The notes beneath the pieces were generated by a model. The model worked only from the letters and a program-made list of their open reading frames with translations, was not told the origin of the DNA and ran no database searches. Of a DNA stretch of 64,000 nucleotides, positions 9,727-18,140 are shown one piece after another (the first letter of the stretch is position 1; every line of letters starts with the position of its first letter). A program made the position numbers and the translations under genes. The stretch comes from an uncultured Pseudomonadota bacterium (GTDB taxonomy: Bacteria; Pseudomonadota; Alphaproteobacteria; Acetobacterales; Acetobacteraceae), in assembly GCA_963745975.1 (NCBI GenBank), contig CAVUZJ010000018.1, positions 119,715 to 183,714 of the forward strand. Direction: 5' to 3'.

Positions 9727-10437
9727 TTACGCCGCCTCGCAGAGCACGAGCCGCCGTTCTTTCAGCTTGAACGCCGGAACGGCGGCGAAGGAGTCCTTCA
9801 CCGCCTCCGCGATCGTCAGCCCAGCGAACTGCGGAGCCAGCCCTCTGCCGGCGCGTTCCCAGAACGGAGCGGTCCGGAGCACGAGACCGTGATCGATCGG
9901 CGGGAGGTAGAGGGCTGTCTCGCGCCGCTCGATGCGGAACAGCGAGGCCGCGAGAAGGCCGCCGAGCTGGCGGGCGGAGTAGGGCTGGCCGTGGCCGAAG
10001 GGCGTCGCCTCGACATAGGCCCAGGGGCTGCGGCGGTTGGGTGCGACGACCATCAGCCGCCCATCGTCCTTGAGGACGCGCCACACCTCGCGCAGCAGCC
10101 GCCGCGCGTTCTCCGCGGCCTCAAGCCCGTGGACGAGGAGGATGCGGTCGAAGAGGAGGTCGGGGAAGGGCAGCGCGTCCTCCTCCGCGGTGCAGGAGAG
10201 CCCCGGCTTGCCGGCGGGCCAGCGCGCCGCGCCGATCTGGGCCGGGGTGAGCGCGATGCAGCGTTCCGCGCTGTCGCGCCAGAGGCGGAGGTAAGGTGCG
10301 GCGTAGCCGAGCCCGAGCAGCGACTTGCCGGAGAGATCGGGCCATAGGGAGGCGAGCCGCTCACGCACCAGGCGCGCCGTCACCGCGCCCTGACGCCCGG
10401 CATAGAAGTCGGCGGCCGTCGCGACGTCGATCGCCAT
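9727..10437 (-). CDS. Class I SAM-dependent methyltransferase
   Basis: Start MAIDVATAADFYAG at 10437. LLGLGYAAPYL and FDRILLVHGLEAAENARRLLREVWRVLKDDGRLMVVAPN are typical methyltransferase type 11 motifs. Confidence 0.75.
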   Translation of the reverse strand: MAIDVATAADFYAGRQGAVTARLVRERLASLWPDLSGKSLLGLGYAAPYLRLWRDSAERCIALTPAQIGAARWPAGKPGLSCTAEEDALPFPDLLFDRILLVHGLEAAENARRLLREVWRVLKDDGRLMVVAPNRRSPWAYVEATPFGHGQPYSARQLGGLLAASLFRIERRETALYLPPIDHGLVLRTAPFWERAGRGLAPQFAGLTIAEAVKDSFAAVPAFKLKERRLVLCEAA

Positions 10438-10444
10438 GACCGCC

Positions 10445-10879
10445 CTATAGCACGGCCGCGAGGACGAGCGCGTCCGACCCGTCCGGGTAGTAGCGCCGGC
10501 GCCTTCCGACCGCGGCGAACCCGGCGGCTTCATAGAGCGCGCGGGCGGATTTGTTCCCGGCCGAGACCTCGAGCACGATCCGCCGCGCCCCGTGAGCGCG
10601 GGCGCGCGCCATCGCCAATGCGAGGAGCGCCCGGCCGAGGCCGCGGCCGCGGGCGGAGGGGACGACGGCAAGGGTCAGGATTTCCGCTTCGTCGGCGGTA
10701 ACCCGGGCAAGCGCGATGCCACCCGCCGGCTCGATGAGGCCGAACACGCCGGGAAGGGAGAGCTGGGCGGCGAATGCCTCCTCGCCCCAGCGCGCCGTTG
10801 GCGGAAAGGCCCCCGCATGGATTGCGGCCATCGCCGGAGCCTGGGCGCGGCCGGCCGTGACGATCGCTTCTCCGCTCAT
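10445..10879 (-). CDS. rimI: Ribosomal-protein-alanine N-acetyltransferase (GNAT)
   Basis: Start MSGEAIV at 10879, ATGA overlap with the tsaB stop. GNAT motif VVPSARGRGLGRALL...ARALYEAAGF. The tsaB-rimI pairing is conserved. Confidence 0.8.
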   Translation of the reverse strand: MSGEAIVTAGRAQAPAMAAIHAGAFPPTARWGEEAFAAQLSLPGVFGLIEPAGGIALARVTADEAEILTLAVVPSARGRGLGRALLALAMARARAHGARRIVLEVSAGNKSARALYEAAGFAAVGRRRRYYPDGSDALVLAAVL

Positions 10880-11508
10880 GAGGGCGAGGGGCGAGCGCCC
10901 TCTGCCGGCAGGGCCGCCGGCGGATCGACATAGAGGGGTGCCGCCGGGCGCGGCGGCAGGCGGCCGACGAGGCGGAGGGCGGCGGCGCGCGCGACGCCTG
11001 CGGCGTTGGGCAGGACGATCTCGGCAAGCCGCACCTCGGGGCCGAAGAACGCGGCCACAGTCGCCGCGGCGTCTCCCGCAAGGACCGCCGGAGAGGTGGG
11101 CTTCGGTAGCCCGGCGAGCTCCCATGAGGTGATCTCGCCCGCGCGCTCGAGGAAGATGCGCCCACGCCGCGAGTGGATCGCGACCCAAAGACGATCCGAC
11201 GATACGTTGGGCAGGAGGGCGGCGATCGTCTCGCCAACGCTCACGCCGACCACCGGGATGCCGGCGGCGAGGGCAAGGCCGGACGCGAGGGCGAGGCCGG
11301 CGCGGATGCCGGTGAAGCTGCCGGGGCCGACGGTTGCCGCCACGGCGTCGAGATCCCGCATTCGCAAGCCGGACGCCGCAAGCGCCTGTGCAGCAAGAAC
11401 GGCGAGGGCGGCACTGCCCTCGCCGGACGCGGCGCCGAGCACATGGTACTCGGAGAGGACGGCGGCGGAGGTACGCCTGAGGGCCGAATCGAGGGCAAGG
11501 ATCTTCAC
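10876..11508 (-). CDS. tsaB: tRNA threonylcarbamoyladenosine biosynthesis protein TsaB
   Basis: MKILALDSA...DAVAATVGPGSFTGIRAGLALASGLALAAGIPVVGVS (YeaZ family). Confidence 0.85.
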   Translation of the reverse strand: MKILALDSALRRTSAAVLSEYHVLGAASGEGSAALAVLAAQALAASGLRMRDLDAVAATVGPGSFTGIRAGLALASGLALAAGIPVVGVSVGETIAALLPNVSSDRLWVAIHSRRGRIFLERAGEITSWELAGLPKPTSPAVLAGDAAATVAAFFGPEVRLAEIVLPNAAGVARAAALRLVGRLPPRPAAPLYVDPPAALPAEGARPSPS

Positions 11509-12299
11509 TGGCCGGTGTAGTCCGGCCGGCGCTTCTCGTTGAAGGCGCGGATGCCCTCGCGCCGGTCTTCGGTCGGCACCAGCCGGTTATAGGCCTCGAT
11601 CTCCAGCATCAGGGCGGCACCGAGGTCCATCGCGGCCCCCACGTTCACCGACTGCTTGATCTGGCGGAGCGAGAGTGGCGCGTTGACCGCGATCGCGCGG
11701 GCCGTGGCACGCACCTCGCCGAGCAGGTCGGGCCCGGGGCAGACGCGGTTGACGACGCCCCACTCCAGCGCTTCGGCCGCCGTGAAGGGACGGCCGGTGA
11801 GGAGGATCTCCTTTGCCCGCCGCGTCCCGGCAGCGCGCGGCAGGGTCTGGGTGCCACCCGCGCCGGGCATGATGCCGAGCGTCACCTCGGTGAGCGCGAA
11901 GCGGGCATGCTCCGCGGCATAGGCGAAGTCGGCGAGCAGGACGAGCTCGCAGCCGCCGGCATATGCGGCGCCGTTCACCGCCGCGATGATGGGCATGGGC
12001 GCGAGCCGGATCGCGCGCACCATGCGCTCGAAGACGAGATGCTGGGCCTGCCACTCCGCGTCCGTCATGCCGAGCCGCTGCTTGAGATCGCCGCCGGCGC
12101 AGAAGGCGCGCTCACCCGAACCGGTGATGACGACGACACGCGCATGGTCGGGCTCGGCGTTGAGACGGTCGAAGATATCGAGCAGCTCACGCGCCATCTC
12201 GGTGTTGAAGGCGTTGGAGACTTCCGGGCGGTTGAGGGTGATTTCGCAGATCCCGCCCTCCGCGTGGCCGACCCCGATGGTCTTGTAGGTCTCTTCCAT
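11505..12299 (-). CDS. Enoyl-CoA hydratase/isomerase family protein
   Basis: ITLNRPEVSNAFN, VVVITGSGERAFCAGGDLK, IAAVNGAAYAGGCELVLLADF (crotonase fold). Confidence 0.9.
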   Translation of the reverse strand: MEETYKTIGVGHAEGGICEITLNRPEVSNAFNTEMARELLDIFDRLNAEPDHARVVVITGSGERAFCAGGDLKQRLGMTDAEWQAQHLVFERMVRAIRLAPMPIIAAVNGAAYAGGCELVLLADFAYAAEHARFALTEVTLGIMPGAGGTQTLPRAAGTRRAKEILLTGRPFTAAEALEWGVVNRVCPGPDLLGEVRATARAIAVNAPLSLRQIKQSVNVGAAMDLGAALMLEIEAYNRLVPTEDRREGIRAFNEKRRPDYTGQ

Positions 12300-12301
12300 G
12301 C

Positions 12302-12844
12302 TCAGGCGGCCGCGGCGAGGGCGGGGGCGGGCAAGGGCGCGGGGACGGGCGCGGCGGCGCGGCGGCCGAGCACGACGAGCGTCTTCCCGATCTCGACGGC
12401 GGCCTTGTGGTACTCGCGCCGGAGCAGCCCAAGCTCGCCCTTGGCGCCCTCGAAACGGAAGACCGAGGGGCCGGCCGGCTTGCCGCGGGCCGCCGCGAGC
12501 CCCTCCAGTCGCTCGATCAGCACATAGGCCGCGACCACCGAAGCGATCTCTTCCTCGGCGAGGAAGGTGAGCCGGCCCATCGTGCCGCGATAGACGGCGG
12601 TCACCGGGCGGCAGGAGAGCACGTAGCCGGCCTCGGTGCGGAGGAGGCGCATGTTCTCCCGCACGAGATCGGCGAGGCTCGCGAGCTCGGCGGCCAGCGC
12701 CGCGCGATAGCGGCGCGCGTCCCGGCGCGCCTGGAAGATCGCGAAGCCGCGATTGGTGCCGACATTCACGGTCACCATCATGAGCATCGCGAAGAGGGGG
12801 ATGAGATGCCAGAGCAGGATCGGGCCAGCCGCAAAGCCGTACAT
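12302..12844 (-). CDS. Hypothetical membrane protein
   Basis: ATG at 12844 is preceded by GGGAG 9 nt upstream. It has one N-terminal TM segment (PILLWHLIPLFAMLMMVTVNV). No family recognised. GC3-rich codons. Confidence 0.5.
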   Translation of the reverse strand: MYGFAAGPILLWHLIPLFAMLMMVTVNVGTNRGFAIFQARRDARRYRAALAAELASLADLVRENMRLLRTEAGYVLSCRPVTAVYRGTMGRLTFLAEEEIASVVAAYVLIERLEGLAAARGKPAGPSVFRFEGAKGELGLLRREYHKAAVEIGKTLVVLGRRAAAPVPAPLPAPALAAAA

Positions 12845-12952
12845 CGTTCGGGTCTCCCGGTGAGCGGGGCGGGATTTTAGCACCCGGTACCCACGATCTG
12901 GCCCATCCTAGGGTCTCCTACTTTATACTCCTTTGAATTTACTTGATATTTA

Positions 12953-13276
12953 TGGTGCGGACGGCGGGATTCGAACCCGCACTCCCCACGGGGGAAGCAG
13001 ATTTTCTTGCCACTTCGGCTTCCGCCGCCGCCGCCGGGAGCCCGGCGGCGTTCGTGGTCTGGACTATCCCTTCGCCCCGGCCCGCCTGGGCCGTGCGGGC
13101 GCCGCCCGTCTAGTCTCTACACCTTCCCCGGAACGCCTGCCCGGGGCTTGGCTCGGGATTGGCCCGGCCCGGAGGGGCCGTCGGCGTTCCCCGAATTTGA
13201 GCGGTTCTACACCGCGGGTTTCCCCGCGGGCACTCCGAAGCAAAGTCTGCCGCGTCTGCCGTTCCGCCACGTCCGC
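12953..13276 (-). tRNA. tRNA-Leu(UAA) interrupted by a group I intron (exons 13276..13243 and 13005..12953)
   Basis: Joined exons give an 87-nt class II tRNA: GCGGACG-TG-GCGGAACGGCAGACGC-G-GCAGA-CUUAAAA-TCTGC-TTCCCCCGTGGGGAGT-GCGGG-TTCGAAT-CCCGC-CGTCCGC-A-CCA. All four stems are complementary, the variable arm is long, the T-loop is GTTCGAATC and CCA is encoded. Confidence 0.9.
13006..13242 (-). ncRNA. Group I intron (IC3-like, ORF-less, 237 nt) in the tRNA-Leu anticodon loop
   Basis: Hand-paired core: exon ACUU with IGS GAGU (U.G at the splice site); P2 CCGCGGG-GAAA-CCCGCGG; P3 CCGCUC/GGGCGG; J3/4 AAA; P4 UUCGGG/CCCGAG; P5a CGGCCC-CUCC-GGGCCG; P6 CCCCGG/CCGGGG. Also P7 GACUA/UAGUC within R-like GGUGUAGAGACUAGAC and S-like GGGAUAGUCC; P8 GCCCGC/GCGGGC; P9 CGCCGCCGG-GCUC-CCGGCGGCG; terminal G at 13006. 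Confidence 0.88.
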
Positions 13277-13291
13277 GCGTAAACCCTCCTT

Positions 13292-14209
13292 CTATCCGTC
13301 TTGAGCCACGAGCCGGCAGGCAATGTCGAGCCCGCGCCTGATCAGCTTCTCGCTCGCCTCGGGCGTGCGGAAGGCGCTGTGCGCCGAAAGTGTCACGTTC
13401 TCGAGCGAGGCGAGCTTATGGCCCGAAGGCAGCGGCTCGGCGGCGAAGACGTCGAGCGCGGCATGGGCGAGCCGGCCGGAGGAAAGGGCTTCGATCATCG
13501 CCGCCTCGTCGACGAGCGCGGCGCGGGCCGTGTTGACGAGGATCGCGCCCGGCTTGAGCCGTGCCAGGTGCCCGGCGCCGAGGAAGCCGCGCGTCTCGTC
13601 GGTGAGCAGGAGGTGGAGCGAGACCACGTCGCTCTCGGCGAGCAGCGTCTCGAGCGGGACGAAGGCAACGCCGGGTATGGATTTCGGCGTGCGGTTCCAG
13701 GCCAGGACGCGCATGCCCGAGCCGCCGGCGATGCGCGCCACCTCGGCGCCGATGCCGCCGAAGCCGATCAGCCCGATCGTCTTGCCGGTGAGCTCCAGCC
13801 CCTCGGTGCGCGGCCAGCCGCCTTCGCGGATGAGGCGGTCCATGCGCGCCAGGCCGCGCGCGGCCGCCCACATGAGCGCGATCGTGTGCTCGGCGACGGC
13901 GGTGTCGCCGTAGCCCTTGATGATGTGGACCTCGATCCCGAGGGAGGCGAGCTCCTCGGGGTGCATGTAGCTGCGCGCCCCGGTGCCGAGGAAGATGACG
14001 TGCCGGATCCCCTTGCAGGCGCGCATCGCCTCGGTGGGGAGCTGGCTGTGGTCGACGAACACGAAGTCATGGCCGTCGAGCAGGCGGGGCAGGCTCCCGG
14101 CGGGGACGTGATGCTCCTCGTGGAGGGTGACGGGCGGGTCCGTGTCGCGCCGCACCTTCCGATAGACATCGGCGAGCGCATCGCTCGCATCGATGAAGAC
14201 GCCCTTCAT
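13292..14209 (-). CDS. D-2-hydroxyacid dehydrogenase family (NAD-binding)
   Basis: Start MKGVFIDASD at 14209. GKTIGLIGFGGIGAEVARIA (Rossmann), VSLHLLLTDETRGFL, ILVNTARAALVDE, LDVFAAEPLP. The rest of ORF 13292..15841 is antisense to the PBP gene. Confidence 0.88.
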   Translation of the reverse strand: MKGVFIDASDALADVYRKVRRDTDPPVTLHEEHHVPAGSLPRLLDGHDFVFVDHSQLPTEAMRACKGIRHVIFLGTGARSYMHPEELASLGIEVHIIKGYGDTAVAEHTIALMWAAARGLARMDRLIREGGWPRTEGLELTGKTIGLIGFGGIGAEVARIAGGSGMRVLAWNRTPKSIPGVAFVPLETLLAESDVVSLHLLLTDETRGFLGAGHLARLKPGAILVNTARAALVDEAAMIEALSSGRLAHAALDVFAAEPLPSGHKLASLENVTLSAHSAFRTPEASEKLIRRGLDIACRLVAQDG

Positions 14210-14416
14210 GCCGACCGTTCTCCACCTTGAACGCGGATTGTGGGCAAGCGGGCGGGGCGCAGCAAGGGAGCCGGGCGGTTGACGCTCCCTCCCTCCCCCG
14301 CGCATGGTCCGGCCGCCGCGCCGATGCCCCGCGTCAAAGAGACTGCCCGAGCGAACCGGCCCCGAGCGAGCCGCCCCCGAGCAAACCATCAGAGCCCGGC
14401 GAAAAGCGCCGCTGCT

Positions 14417-16180
14417 ATGCCGGCCGGGCGGCGGCGGGGCCGCGCCTGGCGGGCGCTCCGGCTCGGCATCATCCTCGCGGTCTGGAGCGCGCTCGCGCTC
14501 GGGCTCGTCGTGCTCTGGTTCGCGCGCGACCTGCCGAGGCCTGAGGACGCGCTCCTCGCGGTGCGCCGGCCGAGCCTCGAGCTCGAGGACCATGCGGGGC
14601 GCATCTTCGCGACGTACGGCGATGTCGTCGGCCAGCCGCTCCGGCTGGCCGAGATGCCGGCCTACCTGCCGGCGGCAGTGGTGGCGATCGAGGACCGGCG
14701 TTTCTGGTCCGAGCCCGGGTTCGACCCGGTGAGCATGCTGCGGGCCGCGCTCGCCGACCTCCTCGCCGGGCGGGTGGTCGAGGGCGGCTCGACGATCACC
14801 CAGCAGGTGGCGAAGAACCTCTTCCTCACGGACGCGCGGACGCTGAAGCGCAAGGTGCAGGAGGCGCTGCTCACGATCTGGCTCACGCACGCCTTCACGC
14901 GGCGGGAGATTCTCGAGATCTGGCTCAATCGCGTCTATTTCGGCGCCGGCGCCTGGGGGGTGGACGCGGCTTCGCGCATCTATTTCGGCGTCTCGGCGCG
15001 CGATGTCTCGCTCTGGCAGGCGGCCGTGCTGGCGGGGCTGCCGCAGGCGCCCTCGGTCTTCAACCCCCTTGCGGATCCGGCGGCGGCGGCGGCGCGAGGG
15101 CGGGAGGTGCTGGCGGCGATGGCCGCGAGCGGCGCCATCACCGCGGCGGCAGCGCGGCGGGCGGAAGCCGAGATCCATTTTCCCCCGCCCGTGACGGAAG
15201 GCGGCGGCTGGTTCGCCGACTGGGTGGCGGAGGCGGCGCGGCCCGCGCTGCCGCCGGGCCAGGACGCGGTTCTCAGGACGACGCTCGATGGCGGCTTGCA
15301 GGCGACGGTGGAGAGAAGGCTCGATGCGCTGCTCGCGGGGCCGGGCGCCGCGGCCGGCGTGCACCAGGGCGCCGTGGTCGTGCTGGACGCGGCGAACGGA
15401 GCCGTACTCGCGATGGCGGGCGGGCGGGACTACCGGGAGAACCCGTTCAACCGCGCGGTGCTCGCGATGCGCCAGCCGGGCTCGGCCTTCAAGCCGTTCG
15501 TCTGGCTCGCGGCGCTCGAGAAGGGCCTCCTTCCGTCGAGCCCCGTGCTCGATGCGCCGATCGATGTCGCCGGCTACGCGCCGCACGATTTCGAGCCCAC
15601 CTATCTCGGGCGCGTCACGCTGACCGATGCGCTCGCGTTTTCGCTCAACACCGCCTCGGTGCGGCTCCTGCTCAGGGCCGGAGGGCCGGAGGCGGTGATC
15701 CGGGTCGCGCGGCGGCTCGGCATCACGAGCAGGCTGCCGGACAATGCCTCGCTGGCGCTCGGGACGGGCGATGTGAGCCTCATCGAACTCGCCGGCGCCT
15801 ATTGCAGCTTCTTCAATGGCGGGCTCCTCGTCGTGCCGCACGGGCTGGTTGCGATGAGCACCGGCGGGCGGAGCGTTCCGCTCGGGGTGCCGGAGCCCTT
15901 GCCGGCGATCGACCCGAGCTATGCCGCGATGATGGCGAAGATGATGACCGCGGTCGTTTTGCGCGGGACCGGACGCAATGCCGCGATCGCCGGGCGGACG
16001 ATCGCGGGGAAGACCGGCACGACATCGGACTTCCGCGACGCCTGGTTCGTCGGCTGGACGGACGGCGATGTGATCGGCGTGTGGCTCGGCAACGACAATG
16101 CGAGCCCGACGCGCGACGTGGATGGCGGCGGGCTTCCGGCGATCCTCTTCCGCAAGATCGCGCTCGCGATCCCCGGGTGA
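14417..16180 (+). CDS. Class A penicillin-binding protein (glycosyltransferase GT51 + transpeptidase)
   Basis: AVVAIEDRRFWSEPGFDP, EGGSTITQQVAKNLFL, RKVQEALLTIWLTHAF (GT51), then a transpeptidase module with SAFKPF. ATG 14417 (MPAGRRRGRAWRALRLGIILAV...) is chosen because it gives a typical basic + TM N-terminus. GTG 14240 and ATG 14324 are alternatives. Confidence 0.88.
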   Translation: MPAGRRRGRAWRALRLGIILAVWSALALGLVVLWFARDLPRPEDALLAVRRPSLELEDHAGRIFATYGDVVGQPLRLAEMPAYLPAAVVAIEDRRFWSEPGFDPVSMLRAALADLLAGRVVEGGSTITQQVAKNLFLTDARTLKRKVQEALLTIWLTHAFTRREILEIWLNRVYFGAGAWGVDAASRIYFGVSARDVSLWQAAVLAGLPQAPSVFNPLADPAAAAARGREVLAAMAASGAITAAAARRAEAEIHFPPPVTEGGGWFADWVAEAARPALPPGQDAVLRTTLDGGLQATVERRLDALLAGPGAAAGVHQGAVVVLDAANGAVLAMAGGRDYRENPFNRAVLAMRQPGSAFKPFVWLAALEKGLLPSSPVLDAPIDVAGYAPHDFEPTYLGRVTLTDALAFSLNTASVRLLLRAGGPEAVIRVARRLGITSRLPDNASLALGTGDVSLIELAGAYCSFFNGGLLVVPHGLVAMSTGGRSVPLGVPEPLPAIDPSYAAMMAKMMTAVVLRGTGRNAAIAGRTIAGKTGTTSDFRDAWFVGWTDGDVIGVWLGNDNASPTRDVDGGGLPAILFRKIALAIPG

Positions 16181-16207
16181 GCGGGGGGTGAGCGGGGGGT
16201 GAGCGGG
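16175..16207. repeat. Perfect 3 x 11-bp tandem repeat GGGTGAGCGGG
   Basis: Units at 16175-16185, 16186-16196 and 16197-16207. The first unit contains the PBP stop codon (16178-16180). The three TGAs fall in all three frames. The G-runs match a G3+N5 x4 pattern. Confidence 0.9.
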
Positions 16208-16300
16208 CGCGGAGCGTCTGCCCGGTACCCTCGACGCTCGGGCGGAAGAAAGATAGACGTGCCGAGCGTAACAGGGACGAACCGGATTTCAGTGGTGTGA

Positions 16301-17191
16301 ATGATCCTTGATCCTTTTCGCCGGCACGGCGTCGGCATCGTGGCGCTCTGCTCCTTCGGGCGAAGCGGCACCTCCTTCTTCATGCAGCTGCTCCGGGCCT
16401 CCGGGGTCACGGTGCTCGGCCGCTTTCCCTTCGAGGAGCGGACCGCGCAGGTGAGCCTGCTGCAATGGCTGCGGCGCGCCCTGGCGGCGCCGGCGGAGGC
16501 TTCCGCGGGAGCGCGCGCGCTGGCCGGCTCGTACGGCGAGGCCACGTTCAACCATGCGCCCTGCACCTCGACGATGCTCGGCGAGGCGGGGAGCTACGAG
16601 GAGGTGCTGGCGGCAGAGGCACGGCTCGCCGAGGGCATCGCGGCCGGCGCGCGGCCGGGGAACCGGTGGCTCGGCGAGAAGTTCATCGGCTTCGACCTCA
16701 TCCGCATGATCCGCGCCTTCGATGTCGGCAATAACGTGCTGCCGGTGTTTCTTCTGCGCGATCCGCGCGACGTGTTCCTCTCGGTGCGGCGCTTCAACGC
16801 GCGGCGCGGCTATGCGAGCTTCAATGATACCGGCGACGATGCGAGGCTTTTCGAGACGATCTGCCGGTTCGAGGAACAGCAGATCAAGGAGCAGGCGCGG
16901 CTCGGCGGCGTGCTTTGCCGCTACGAGGCGCTGATCGCGCGGGACGGGCGGGACGAGGCGCTGAGGGCGCTCCTGAGGGCGCTGCGCGGAGACACGACGC
17001 AAGAGGCGGTGGAAGCCGCCTGGAGCACGGTTGATGCCGGGCGCGCACAGGTCACCCACCATATCACTAGCGGCCGGCCGGAGACGGATGCGGGCGCGGG
17101 CGATCGGGGGGAAGCGGCCGAGGTAGACTATGGCGGCGTGTTCGCCATGCAGAAGGGGAGGCTCGAGCGGCTCGGGTATTCGGCGGCGTAG
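16301..17191 (+). CDS. Sulfotransferase family protein
   Basis: CSFGRSGTSFF (PAPS 5'-phosphosulfate-binding loop-like) and LLRDPRDVFLS (3'-phosphate-binding motif-like). GC3-rich codons. Confidence 0.7.
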   Translation: MILDPFRRHGVGIVALCSFGRSGTSFFMQLLRASGVTVLGRFPFEERTAQVSLLQWLRRALAAPAEASAGARALAGSYGEATFNHAPCTSTMLGEAGSYEEVLAAEARLAEGIAAGARPGNRWLGEKFIGFDLIRMIRAFDVGNNVLPVFLLRDPRDVFLSVRRFNARRGYASFNDTGDDARLFETICRFEEQQIKEQARLGGVLCRYEALIARDGRDEALRALLRALRGDTTQEAVEAAWSTVDAGRAQVTHHITSGRPETDAGAGDRGEAAEVDYGGVFAMQKGRLERLGYSAA

Positions 17192-17202
17192 CCACCCCGC
17201 TT

Positions 17203-18108
17203 TCAGGGCGTGGCCTCGGCATCGATCAGCGCCCGGTAGAGCGCCGCGAGCCGCGCGGTCAGTGGCCCGGGCACCGGGAACGTCTGCCCGTCGATCGCTG
17301 CCACCGGCGTCACCCCACCGAAGGTGCCGGTGACGAACGCTTCCTCCGCCCGCGCGAGGTCGAGCCGCCCATGGTCGCCGAGCGCGAGCGGGATCCCTTC
17401 GGAGCGGCAGATCTCGAGAATCTTTCCCCGTGTGACGCCATTGAAGCAAAACCGGCCGGAGGAAGTACACACCGTCTCTCTGCGCACGAAGAAGAAGTTG
17501 GTCGCGTTGCAGCTGGCGATGAATCCGCTGTCGTCCAACATCAACGCCTCATCGGCCCCGGCGCGGGCCGCCTCGAGCAATGCGAGGATCAAAGGGAGAC
17601 GGCTGTGCGAGTTGAGCCGCATGTCGAATTGGTCCGGCCGCGTGCAGCGCTGGCTCACAGTCGCGAGCTTCAGCCCCGCAAGCTGCAAGGCCGGGTTCGG
17701 CAGTTTCCACTCCGCAACGATAGCCACCGTCGGCCGCCCGATGCTCTGCCTCGGATCCTGGCTTGGCGTCTTCTTCGGCCCGCGCGTCACCATCAGCCGG
17801 ATATGCACGCCATCCGCCATGAGGTTGGCCCGGCAGGTTTCTTCGAGCGCCGCCGTGATCTCCGCCCGGCTCATCCCGATCTCGAGCGCGACGGCGCGCG
17901 CGCCGGCAAAAAGCCGATCGAGATGCTCTTCGAGAAACAGGAATCGCCCCCGATGCAGCCGGAGGCCTTCCCACACGCCGTCCCCGGCGATGAACCCGGC
18001 ATCGAATACCGAGACCACCGCCTCTTCCCGCTTGCAGAGCTTCCCGTTGAGCCACACGAGCGCCTCAGCGTTCCGCGGATCCTCCGCAATGTCCTGGCTG
18101 CCTGCCAT
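17203..18108 (-). CDS. Class IV (branched-chain / D-amino-acid) aminotransferase
   Basis: VSVFDAGFIAGDGVWEGLR, HLDRLFAGA, NFFFV, GVTRGKILE, EAFVTGTFGGVTPV (fold-type IV PLP enzyme). Confidence 0.85.
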   Translation of the reverse strand: MAGSQDIAEDPRNAEALVWLNGKLCKREEAVVSVFDAGFIAGDGVWEGLRLHRGRFLFLEEHLDRLFAGARAVALEIGMSRAEITAALEETCRANLMADGVHIRLMVTRGPKKTPSQDPRQSIGRPTVAIVAEWKLPNPALQLAGLKLATVSQRCTRPDQFDMRLNSHSRLPLILALLEAARAGADEALMLDDSGFIASCNATNFFFVRRETVCTSSGRFCFNGVTRGKILEICRSEGIPLALGDHGRLDLARAEEAFVTGTFGGVTPVAAIDGQTFPVPGPLTARLAALYRALIDAEATP

Positions 18109-18140
18109 GGCCTACTCCAACGGCGCCGCCGGCGGTTCTG

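Noticed and set aside
12953-13276. Possibility that the tRNA-like 3' end belongs to a (two-piece) tmRNA
   Set aside because: The acceptor stem has G3:C70 rather than the G3:U70 alanine identity pair. No resume-codon or tag ORF is evident. The flanking halves instead reconstitute a complete tRNA-Leu with an intact anticodon stem once 237 nt with group I core elements are removed.
12933-13304. Small ORFs 12933..13304(+), 13007..13282(+), 13064..13270(-)
   Set aside because: They lie over the tRNA-Leu/group I intron locus, and the RNA structure explains the sequence. Their translations are Arg/Pro/Gly-rich.
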